In this document: piece after piece, positions 13,223 to 23,559 of the stretch | Numbering within the stretch: position 1 is the stretch's first letter | Layout: each line of letters starts with the position of its first letter | Assembly: GCF_030144855.1 (NCBI RefSeq) | Contig: NC_082730.1 | Coordinates: forward strand, 14,322,001-14,386,000 | DNA: 64,000 bases | From: Hypanus sabinus | Lineage: Eukaryota | Reading direction: 5' to 3' | Translations under genes and position numbers: made by a program | The notes under the pieces: model-generated | What the model saw: only the letters and a program-made list of their open reading frames with translations | What the model was told of the DNA's origin: nothing | Databases searched by the model: none

Positions 13223-14206
13223 GTAGGTTTCTTAGTGATTTATTTCTCAATGAACTAAATGTCTCATCCATGTTTCCTCTGTGAAGGATCAGTGCAATAG
13301 GTGTCCTTGGGAGTGACACTGTGCCGATCTCGGGTTTAAATTTGCTGAATGGAGAAATGCCCATCTCAAGGATGAGTCTGAAGAACAGCAATCTCCTCCT
13401 CGTCCAATTCAGCCTCAGGACAGAGTATCAGATTTTTATTCAGACCCTGTCCATCCCTCACTATCTCTGCATTAACATCAGTGCCAAATGCTTCCCTCTC
13501 TATGGCAGGTCTCCGAACCCACTCACAATTTCATTTTCCTCTCAAAGCCACTGAACATGTGATGGATATCTCACAAGTTTCTGCCTTTAACCACTCAGTA
13601 ATCAGTTTATTAGGAACAGTTCTTCCTATGCCTAATAAAGTGGCCACGGTATGTTCGTGGGTTTTTCTACTGTTGTGACCCACTCACTTCAAGCTTTGAC
13701 ACATTGTCTTTTCAAATGTTCTTCAGCACTGTCATAATGTGTGGTTATTTGAATTCTTGCCATCTTCCTGTCAGCTTCAATCAGTCCGGCCACTCTCCTC
13801 TGACTTCTCTCATTAACAAGCCATTTTTACTCGTAAAGTTCCCATTCACTGGATACTTTCTTATTTTAGTCAGCACTCTCTGCAAACTCTAGAGACTGTT
13901 GTATGTGCAAATCCCACAGAATCAAGAGTTTCTTGGATACTCACACCTTCCTGTCTGGCGTCAACTATCGTTCCACGATCAAAGTCACTAAGATCACATT
14001 CCCCCCCCCCCCCATTCTGATTGCCTGAACACTGAATCTCTTGACTATATTGGCCTGTTCATATGGACTGTATTCCTGCCACATGACTGACTAATTAAAT
14101 ATTTGTATTAACAAACAGATGAATAGGTGTACCTAATAAAGTGACAGAGCAGAGTTTGATTTTCAAATGTTCATTCAGTGTCTGAAAATTGAATTCCTCC
14201 CCACAG

Positions 14207-15138
14207 AACCGTTGTCTGTTCCTGTGATTTGATATCTGTCACCAATGTATTGCCCTGGCTCACATCTTCCCTGTTTTGCTGTAGTTATTTAATTCACAAA
14301 GCTGCTGTCCTGCTTTCAGCCTGTTTGGATCATTGTGGAAGATGAGGGATGATGTGGAAAGTGTGCCATCCAATTAGCAGGAGGTTTTCTTGGTGAGGGA
14401 CAATAAGGTTGGTCTTGGGGCTTTTGTTCAAGAGGAGATGAGGAGAGAAGATGTTGGGGAGAACCGGTCGCAGCGTATGATGCGGTGGGAGACCTGTTTG
14501 TTTGAGATGGATTGCAAGGAATGTTCTGAAGGGCCCTGCACGTGAGCAACAGAGAAGTTCAAGATGAGCTCCAGCGTGTGCACATTTGACTGTTTAAATA
14601 GAATGGGTCCTTTTCTTTTTGTTATTCTTTCCTAACACTTCAGTAAAGAGTCATGAATATAATTCCTTTAATCGTATGCAGTGTACTGTCTGTTATTTCA
14701 TGGCATTAATTTGTAACAGGGTAGTAAATGACACAGCATCCACACAAACCAAGGTTTGGGGGGGAGATCAAGGATGCCTCAATCTCACAAGTTTAGCTGG
14801 GCCAGTGATTGTCTTCCCTAGACTTACACAGCCGAGGAAACAAACTGGTTTAACCAGCAAAATGTCTCTCATCTCAGGGGCTTGGTGTCAGTGTCCTATG
14901 AGTCTCTCCAGAATTCCCTTCCCATTCAGCACACTTCGTATGAAATAACCTCACCTGGGCATCCAAACATCTCAGATACCAATGAACTGACCATGCACTG
15001 TCAATTCTTAGACGTCCAGTCCCATCAATATTACTGCAGCGCCTCAATAGGCTTGGAGAAAAACATGACAGGACGGTTAATGTGACAATCTTCAACAATA
15101 GAGAGACCTGCAGATATGAGATCGAAATCAATAGCACC
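14207..15138 (+). pseudogene. Receptor copy 1: FCRL-like Ig C2 exon, disabled and split by an insertion
   Basis: Paralog of 63183-63503. It has a stop at 14229-14231, Cys>Tyr (SCE>SYE), loss of the Trp (WY>SY), frameshifts and a 608-bp insertion at 14246-14853. Confidence 0.85.
14246..14853. mobile_element. Solo-LTR-like insertion inside the C2 exon of copy 1
   Basis: It interrupts the exon relative to copy 4, starts TGT, and is flanked by a near-TSD ccaa/ccag (14242-14245, 14854-14857). Family not identified. Confidence 0.55.
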
Positions 15139-15279
15139 GTGAAGTTCTAATTTCAAGGGAGGATCATTTAAATGTTTATTTTTGTTACTCTGTTACTGCT
15201 GCTCTTATACTTCTAGTGAGAGTAAGGTATTCCTTTTCATTTGTAGAAGCTGCACATTGCAGCCTCCACGGGGTAGAAA

Positions 15280-16375
15280 GAAAGAACCCCATCTAACTAG
15301 GAAAATAACCTACTAACTACAAAGAAAAACATAAGGAATTAACCCCCTGGAGCAATACATTTGACCAAAATCTAAATATATATAAAAAAGTCATCAACTG
15401 CCATTTCATATTTACAAAACAAATAAAATTGAAAGGATGTCATATAACTTAATTCAAATTAAATGATGATATTGGGCAAAAGAACCCCATCATCTCTCAA
15501 AATCAAATTGAGGATCAAAAGTTGTACTTCTAATTTTTTCCAAACTAAGACATAACATCACTTGAGAAAACCATTCAATTAATATAGGGGAAGAAATATC
15601 TTTACATTTTAATAAGATAGCCCATCTTGCCAGTAGTGTAACAAATGCAATTAAGTGTTGATCTGAAAATGAGATACCCTGAATATGATGTGGAACTATT
15701 CCAATTAGAACAATCAATCGATTAGGTTGTAAATTAATTTTCAAAGCTTTAGAGATTGTAGAAAATAAAGATTTCCAGAACGATTTTAATGCAGAACATG
15801 ACCAGAACATATGTGACAAAGTAGCTACTTCAGTTTTACATCTATCGCAATAGCTATCTATACTAGGAAATATTTTAGATAGTCTCTCCTTTATATTCCA
15901 GATTGATGAATATTATATATTCTTCATTATCTAAACAACCTCAATGTGTTATCTCTCTCGATTCAGAAAAGGCATTTGATAGAGTTGAGTGGCCATATTT
16001 GTTTAGAGTATTAGAAAAATTTGGTTTTGGTAGTAATTTTAATAGATGGATTCAAATGATTTATAAGAATCCTATTGCCACGGTTATTACTAATAATTGC
16101 AGGTCTTCTTTATTCTCACTTTCTTATGGCACTAGACAAAGATGTCCATTAAGTCCTTTATTATTTAATCTTGTATTGGAGACTTTAGCTATAACATTAC
16201 ATGAAGCTAAAAATATTCATGGCTTCTCTATGAATGGAACCATACATAAGATTTCTCTTTATTCAGATGATCTTTTGGTTTTTATTTCAAATCTTGAGGA
16301 ATCAATTCCTAACGTTTTGGAAACACTTAAAGATTTTGGTAAATTTTCAGAATATAAACTTAACTTCAATAAAAA
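15280..16375. mobile_element. L1-clade LINE remnant with internal inversion (3' part on minus ~15280-15895, RT part on plus ~15896-16375)
   Basis: Minus strand: SHMFWSC..FW...EWFSQVMLCLSLEKIRS. Plus strand: ISLDSEKAFDRVEW..GTRQRCPLSPLLF..ISLYSDDLL..YKLNFNK. Confidence 0.85.
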
Positions 16376-17080
16376 TGTAGGATTTCCTAAAGGTTTATTT
16401 GCAGCTTGAGTCTCTGGTGAGAAAGGCAAATGCAATGTTATTTTTCATTTCAAGAAGTCTGGAATATAAGCACTAGGATGTAATGTTGAAAGTTCATAAA
16501 ACACTGGTGAGGCATTATTTGGGAGTATTGTGAGCAGGTTTGGGCACCTTGCCTTAGAACGGGTATGCTGAAACTGGAGAGGGTTCAAAGGAGGTTCACA
16601 AAAATTCCAGGATTGAATTGTTTGTCATAGGAAGAGTGGCTGATGGCTCTGGGTCCATATTCCTTAGAATTCAGAAGAATGAGAGATGTCCTGGTTGAAA
16701 ACTGTTGAATGATGAAAAGCCTTGACAGAGCAGAGGTGGTGAGGAATTTTCTGATGGTGGGAAAGGCTATGACCAGTGGACTCAGCCTAAGAATGGGGGT
16801 GGGTTGTCCTTTCAGAACATAGACAAGGAGGAATTTCTTTGGCCAGAGGGTGGTGAATCTGTGGAATTCTTTGCCACAGGCATCTGTGGAGGCCAAGCCT
16901 TTATGTCTATTTAAGGCAGAGATTGATAGATTCTTGATTGGTCAGGACATGAAGGGATTCAAGGAGAAGGCAGGAGGTTGGGCCTGAGAGGAAATTTAGA
17001 GCATTCATGATGAAATGGTGGAGCATACTCAATGGGCCAAGTGGTCTAATTCTGCTCCTATATCGATGGTCTTATGGAAT
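16376..17080 (+). mobile_element. CR1 3' fragment, apparently a segmental duplicate of ~10190-10880
   Basis: It shares idiosyncratic variants with 10190-10880 (gagtctctggtgagaaaggcaaatgc, ccagtggactca.cctaa.aatggggg, acatagacaagga.gaatttc). Confidence 0.75.
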
Positions 17081-17090
17081 ATGGCATGAT

Positions 17091-17913
17091 CGTCATGGCT
17101 ATCCCTCGAGGTTGTGGATAATGGTCTTCATTTTGTTGATCTATTTATGGGTTCTCAAGCACCTTATGAGTCCAATCTTGGCTTTGAAAGTTCTTCTGCA
17201 TTCAGGACAGGTAGTTCCACATGGCATTTTGTGGTTGCTGCCTCTCTTTCCATTTTCTTCTCTTTTCTTCTAATTCTGCACATCTGTTCGTTTTGAACGT
17301 TGCAGTTCCTTCTTGGATGATAGATTGCCAGAATTTCCTGTCCTTGGCATTGGTTTCCCAATTGTTGATGTCGATGTTACATTTCTTCATGCTTGCTTTT
17401 AAGACATCTTTGAATCTCTTCTAACATATGAAGTAGCCCTGGAAAACGTGGAACACTTTCTGTATCTTGGAAGTCAACTCTCCTCCATTGTCGACCTTAA
17501 TGATGAGATCCAACATCATCTTAAATGCGCTGGAACAGCTTTTAGACATCTCCGAATGAGAGTCTTTCATGATCGTGACATCTGAACGGAAACCAAAATG
17601 TTAGTGTACAAAGCAGTGGTAATCCCAATGCTCCTGTATGCATTAGAAACTTGGACAACATACTGATGACATCTGAAGGCACTTGAAAAGTTTCATCAAC
17701 ACTGTCTTCCAAACATCTTAAATATCAGCTGAGAAGATAGAAGAACCAACGTCAGTGTGCTAAATGATGCAAAAGCAGCAAGCATTGAAGCCTACTTCAT
17801 CAAGAACCAAATAAGATGGAGTGGTCATGTCGTTTGGATGAAAGATGAATGTCTGCCGAAACAAATCTTCTACTCCCAGCATAAAGAAGGCAAACGTAAA
17901 AGAGGCGGATAAA
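17091..17913. mobile_element. 5'-truncated RTE-clade LINE with inversion and 10-bp TSD
   Basis: Plus ~17425-17910: ENVEHFLYLGS..EIQH..KCAGTAF..TKMLVYKAVVIPMLLYALETW..IRWSGHV.WM..CLPKQIFY..KRKRGG. Minus ~17424-17100: KRFKDVLKASMKKCNID..WE..AKDR..W..FKAKIGLI..LRTHK*. TSD atggcatgat at 17081-17090 and 17914-17923. Confidence 0.9.
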
Positions 17914-20796
17914 ATGGCATGATATCCTTCACCTGCTATGTGAGGATGTGAAGCAATAACACCAGAGTCTGTTTGGATCTCGTGATCTGTTCGGGTCAGG
18001 GTTACCTGATGTGTGTGGATGGCTAGAGAAAATTCCAGATACAGTGGTTCCACATGTGAATCAGGATCTGTTATACCTGAGATAATTAATCATCTGAGGG
18101 AAAGAACTTGTTTTCTTTATTTCTGCTGCCAAACAACAAACCACATCTGATTCTGACTTTGAAAGGGACCCTTTCCCTTTTCAAGGACATCCAAAAGCAA
18201 TTCCCAAAGGATATGGTTGAAACTTGTGTTTTATTTACTTACAAAACAGAATTTAGTGAAGGCCCAATGGATGCTTCATGTAAACAAATTGTTCTATCCT
18301 CTTCCTGCATCACTCCATCTCTTAAGACCATAGACCAGAAGACCATAAGGCACAAAGATGTTTTGTATCTCCGAACTTGTTCACATCAGCATATTGAACA
18401 ATGGTTGTTGAGAAGTTTTTCATTAAGTGATGGGGCAATGCAGAAAGAGACCGGAATTATCTGGCTATGCGTAGCAACCATTGGTACTTCTCTATATTTT
18501 GTTTGGTAAGACAAGTAAAGAAGATATAAGTTCTAACCACATCGTAGCTGAGGGTGAACATCACACAGATGACAGGAGTAGTTGATGTAATAGGATTAGC
18601 ACTCATATTATGCAATGTACAACGTTTAAGCAGATATACATTCATGGCTAGTATGCTGCACAGTTTTCCCCTAAAACAAGTGTAACAAACCCAAAGTAAC
18701 AAAAGTTGTCCATGTATCCTGAATTATTTTATCATTTATCTATTTATATACAACGTGAAATTAAGTGTTTGTAAACAATTGCAAAGTCAGCAACAAAAAT
18801 TCAGGGAAATATAAATGAGCTACCTTCTTGCATCACCTCAGCCCTCGCACTACAATGAAATCAAAAGCAACACACACAAAATACTGGAGGAACTCAGCAG
18901 GTCAGGCAGCATCTATGGAAATGAATAGTGAAGGATTCAGACCACTGCAGCTAATTTCACCTCACACAGTATGCCAATGATATGAAACCTGATTCTGATT
19001 CTGTATAACTTCTCCAATATGTGTGACACGTGAGAATTGTTATCCCTTGTACTGAAGCTCTCCTCTAATTTCATCTGTCCCAGGGAATCGTACAGCATGA
19101 ATCTGGTTAAGTCACACTTCGATGAACATTGGAAGATTTAACTACAATCACAGGTATTTTGGGAAATTAGCAATGGTGAAGATGAGCAAAGATATGCAGG
19201 GTCAGGTGTCAGGGAGACCATGGCAGTGAGATAAGTAAGATAGAAATGTCTTCTCCTTGGACAAGTATGACCTATTCATTTACTGTGCCCTATGATTCTA
19301 TGGGAAATAAAATCAACAGGGATTCTGTATTCACGCACCATTTCCTGTCAAAGTGTGGTTGATTTGTTTAAGAACAGATCTGATGTGGATTTTTCCCATT
19401 GTGAATGTGCAATTCCCTCACATCTAACTGAAACAAAGTGAAATCCTATCAGAGCTCTTGAAATTGCACTGACAGTTGCAATAGAATACAGTAGAGGTTA
19501 GCTTTAAAGTTCCTTTAAATAGTGGAATCAGCCTTCAGAGAGAAAAGGGAATTGTATGCTGAGTTTGCATGAAAAGCCCCTTCTACATCACACCTATTTC
19601 CCACTTTACTCCCTCCTCAGCAGCATGTTCCCAAAAACAGGTTTGATAGAATGATCACAACACACGCAAAAACCTGGAGGAACTCAGCAGGCCAGGCAGC
19701 ATCTTTGAAAAACAGTAAACAGTCGACCTTTCAGGCCAAGACCATTCATCAGGTCTTAAGTCATGTCTTTCTCTTGTCTCATGTTTGATTAAACTATCAC
19801 CAAGTCAGGTCCAGAATGATGTACAGATCTTGGGTCCAAGTCCATAACACCCTGAGCTTTAGAACTAAGGGAGATGGTAAAGAGGGCTTATTGTATTAGA
19901 CAAGCATTGAGCATTCGAGGATTCTTGTTGCAGAACAGATTCACCAGGTTGGTGCCTGTATTAGAGGACCATAAAAAGCATAGGTGTAAAATTAGGCCTC
20001 TCATAACCTTTGACACCTTCATTAATCAAGAACCTATCAATCTCCATTTTAAATTCATCTAATGACTTGGCCTTAGAATCATCACCCTGTGTCTAAAAAA
20101 ATCCTTCCTTGTCTCTGTTTTAAAGGAATGGCCTTGTACTCTGAAGCTGTACCATCTAGTTGTAGACTCCCCTACTACAGGAAACATCCTTTCCACATCC
20201 ACTCTCTAGGCCTTTCAATATTCAACAGATTTCAATGAGACCTTACCCCCCCACCCCCATTCTTCTAATCTCCAGCCCAGAGCCATCGAATGCTCCTGTG
20301 GTCTGGACTAGGGGTGACATAACTTTCGACTCACGCTCACAAAACTCAACATGGGCTCTTTCCCTTTCCACTATTAACTTCTCACCATGAACACTTTCCC
20401 CAGAGACACCACAGCTAACATTTTAATCAAGCAAAAATTAGAAGATCTGAAGGAATCCAGTGGGATCTGTGGAGGCAGTGTGGTCAACATTTCAGATTAA
20501 TCCTCTGCTTCAGGACACCTCCAGCCATTTACCGTTGCTTCAGATGAGAACATTTGCTGTTGCTTGTGTCAAATATTTCAACTCCGCTCACTGTTTTGTT
20601 CAGTCTTTGGGAATTGTTTAGATATTTCTGTCTTGCTAATATCTCTGTAAGTGTTTTGATTGTCACATACCACCTTCCAGTCAGGTCACTGTGGTTTTCT
20701 GATCAAACCTCTTGCTGCTTTCTTCCTCATTTTTATTTCACAGTTACAGTATTTCACTCTGAGACAGATAGGTCCCGGCTGGGTCTCTGTGAAAAA

Positions 20797-20837
20797 ATAG
20801 CTGTGGACTTGGATTCTTCTGATTGGTTTCCTACCCG
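20797..20837 (+). pseudogene. Receptor copy 2: orphan leader exon with destroyed start codon
   Basis: ATAGCTGTGGACTTGGATTCTTCTGATTGGTTTCCTACCCG|GTGAGT, i.e. ATG>ATAG by a 1-nt insertion. Intron-1 homology ends at 22815, before any V exon. Confidence 0.8.
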
Positions 20838-21058
20838 GTGAGTGACAACTTGTGCTGGACTTTGCATAATCAGTGTTGGTTTGGGGATCATACCCCATTT
20901 CCAGAACAGAGCTTGAATACTAGTAGGCACTAAAGATGTTGGAGACTGGAATTTAGAGTACACTCTAGAGCGGGGGTCGGCAACCCGCGGCTCCGGAGCC
21001 ACATGTGGCTCTTTTACGTCTGTGCTGCGGCTCCCTGTTGCTTTGAGAAATAATTGGT

Positions 21059-21273
21059 TGTGGCGACCCTTTTCCTGGCACATCCGAACCGACTCACAAT
21101 TAGATAGCCTACGGGGGTTTGCGAGCACAGAGCTTTGGAGCCTCTGCGCCATGGGGGGCAGGTTGAGGGAGGCTTAAAAGTGAGGCTGAAGATTTCGAAT
21201 AAAGTTTTTTCCTTCGACTGCAGTTACCGACTCCGTGTCGTAATTTTAGCGCTGCGTGTAGCACACCGCTACA
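21059..21273 (+). mobile_element. Solo LTR (215 bp) nested in the hAT element
   Basis: TG...CA ends (tgtggcg...gctaca), 4-bp TSD tggt at 21055-21058 and 21274-21277, internal aataaa. Confidence 0.8.
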
Positions 21274-21378
21274 TGGTCAGTATTTAATTAAAATGTATTT
21301 TATGTTGGTTTGTTAGTTTTTGAAATGTAAATCTAAATTTGAAGATTATGGTGATCTTGTACAATCTAAATAAGACGT

Positions 21379-21592
21379 TGTGGCGACCCATTTCCTGACA
21401 CATCCGAACCGGCTCACAATTAGCCAGCGTTCAGGCTAAGGGAGATAGCCTACGGGGGTTTGTGAGTACGTGTCTTTTGCAGCATCCGCGCCCATGGGGG
21501 GCGGGTTGAGGGAGGCTTAAAAGCAAGGCTGTTTAGTTCGAATAAAGCTATCTTTGACTGCAGTTTACTGACTGCGTGTAGCAACCGCTACA
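21379..21592 (+). mobile_element. Second related solo LTR (214 bp) nested in the hAT element
   Basis: TG...CA ends and its own 4-bp TSD acgt at 21375-21378 and 21593-21596. Related to, but diverged from, 21059-21273. Confidence 0.8.
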
Positions 21593-23559
21593 ACGTGTTT
21601 TTATCGCTGGCTGTCCAGAGGGCAGGTGCTGAAACGCTTTGTCGCGTGTCTGGAAGAAGTGAAAACTTTCCTGGGCAGCAAAGGGCTCACCTTTCCTGAG
21701 CTGGAACAGCCAGAGTGGCTGGAAAAGCTACACTTCATGGTAGACATGACAGCGCACCTGAACACGCTGAACACAGCTCTTCAGGGGTAAGGACGTACAG
21801 CCCTGCACATGTTGGAGGATGTTTTGGCATTCGAGCGCAAGTTGACGTTGCTTGCCAGAGATTTACAGAAAGGCACATCGTCTCACTTCCCCAATTTGAG
21901 AGAGTTCAAACAAGGTCACGACTTGATAATTTCGGAGTATTTACATTCTGCAATCATCGCAATGCAAACATCGTTTGGGAAACGCTTCTGTGAGTTCAGA
22001 GAGGAAAAAAACACATTATCCTTCCCGGTCACTCCCCTAAGCATCGATCCATCCCTACTGAATACGACTGCATTGTCAGGTGTGAGTCAACCTGAACAAG
22101 GATGATAAATATTTTAATTGCCTATTATTTTGTGTATATTCATATGTTTTCATTGTTCAGTGAAATAGTCCTTTTATTTTTCAGGTTGACAGCTGGCTGA
22201 CATTATTTTTGGTTTGCTGCTGGCGGCAAATTTAAGTTTGGCGTTTTTCATAAATACAAGAAGGACTCAAATAGACATTGAGTATTTTACTTAAAAGTAA
22301 CCTTCAACCCAACGTCTTTTTTTCGGAGGTCAAAATGTTTTTGTTGCATGCAGAAATGTAATTTCGTTTTCTCTGCAGGAGTTCATCAATTTCATAAATG
22401 CAACACATTATAGTTTGTTTATACATAGCATAAAGGCAAAACAAAACGTTGTATGCAGTGTTATTTCATTTTAAATGTCAAACGGGTTTTGCGGCTCCCA
22501 GTGTTTTCTTTTCTGTGGGAAACGGGTCCAAGTGGCTCTTTCAGTGGTAAAGGTTGCTGACCCCTGCTCTAGAGGAACTCATTGGGTCAAACAACATCTG
22601 TCAGGGGGAGGGGAAATGTTATTAGTTTGGGTCAAGGCTCTGCACCAAGTCTGAGACAGTGCAATTAGGAGAGAGAGAGTGGTGGAAGACAGGGGAGAGA
22701 GCCCTGGGTTTCTGCTCAGGACTCTGGAGTGGGAAGTGAACCCACAATGTACTGACATACGGGAGAGAGCACAGACACATCTGACACAGTAACAGCACTT
22801 CACACCAAAATCATTACTTGCAGATGCTGGAAATCCCAGCAACGCACACAAAATGCTGGAGGAACTCAGCAGGCCAGGCAGCATCTATGGAAAAAAGTAC
22901 AGTCAATGTTTTGGCCGAAACCCTTCAGCAGGATTAAAATACCTTACTTACTTTGAGATATGTGAAAGGAGCCCATTCCTTCTCTTTGGGTTTATGTGTG
23001 GATATGAACATGGCTGCTGCATTTCAAGATTGTGAACAGGATAGTAAATCTTCGAAGCTCTTCTAGAACACTGTAGGAATGCCTGTCATGGGCAAGGGAC
23101 AGGTCGGTGTTCAGCTTGCTACTCCATGAGATTTACTCATTTCTGTGCTGGACCGAGGTTGCAGCCTGCAATTAGTGGGCTCCTGAATCAGCAGCAGTGA
23201 TGACTGGCTTCAGGTCTTTGACCGACTTTCGTGAATTTCAGTCCTGAATGTAACTTGCTTACCTTCATGGTTTGCATGATTTTTTTTCCCGCTCATTGGG
23301 TGGTTCATGGAGTTTAACGAGTTCTATTGTTTTTTGGCTGCCTGTAAGGAGGTGAATCTCAAGGTTGTATATAGTATAGATTCTTAGATAACAAATGTAC
23401 TTTGAACTTTGAATTTTGAAATTGAAGTGCAATCTGATTGGCTGTGATCCCATAAGCTATCACGCCAATGCAATGAAATAGGATTCTGAATTTAACCTTT
23501 CAGAAGTGTGGTCCGGTTTAGAGTGGATGCTGCAGAGCCAGAGAGTTATAGTCTGTGGA

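Larger units (their letters stand above)
20971..22566 (+). mobile_element. Non-autonomous hAT (Charlie/Buster-type) DNA transposon with transposase remnant
   Basis: TIRs cgggggtcggcaacc / ggttgctgacccctg. 8-bp TSD ctctagag at 20963-20970 and 22567-22574. Remnant EWLEKLHFMVDMTAHLNTLNTALQG..LEDVLAFERKLTLLARDLQKG..HFPNL. Empty paralogous site (ctctagat) near 12522. Confidence 0.92.
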
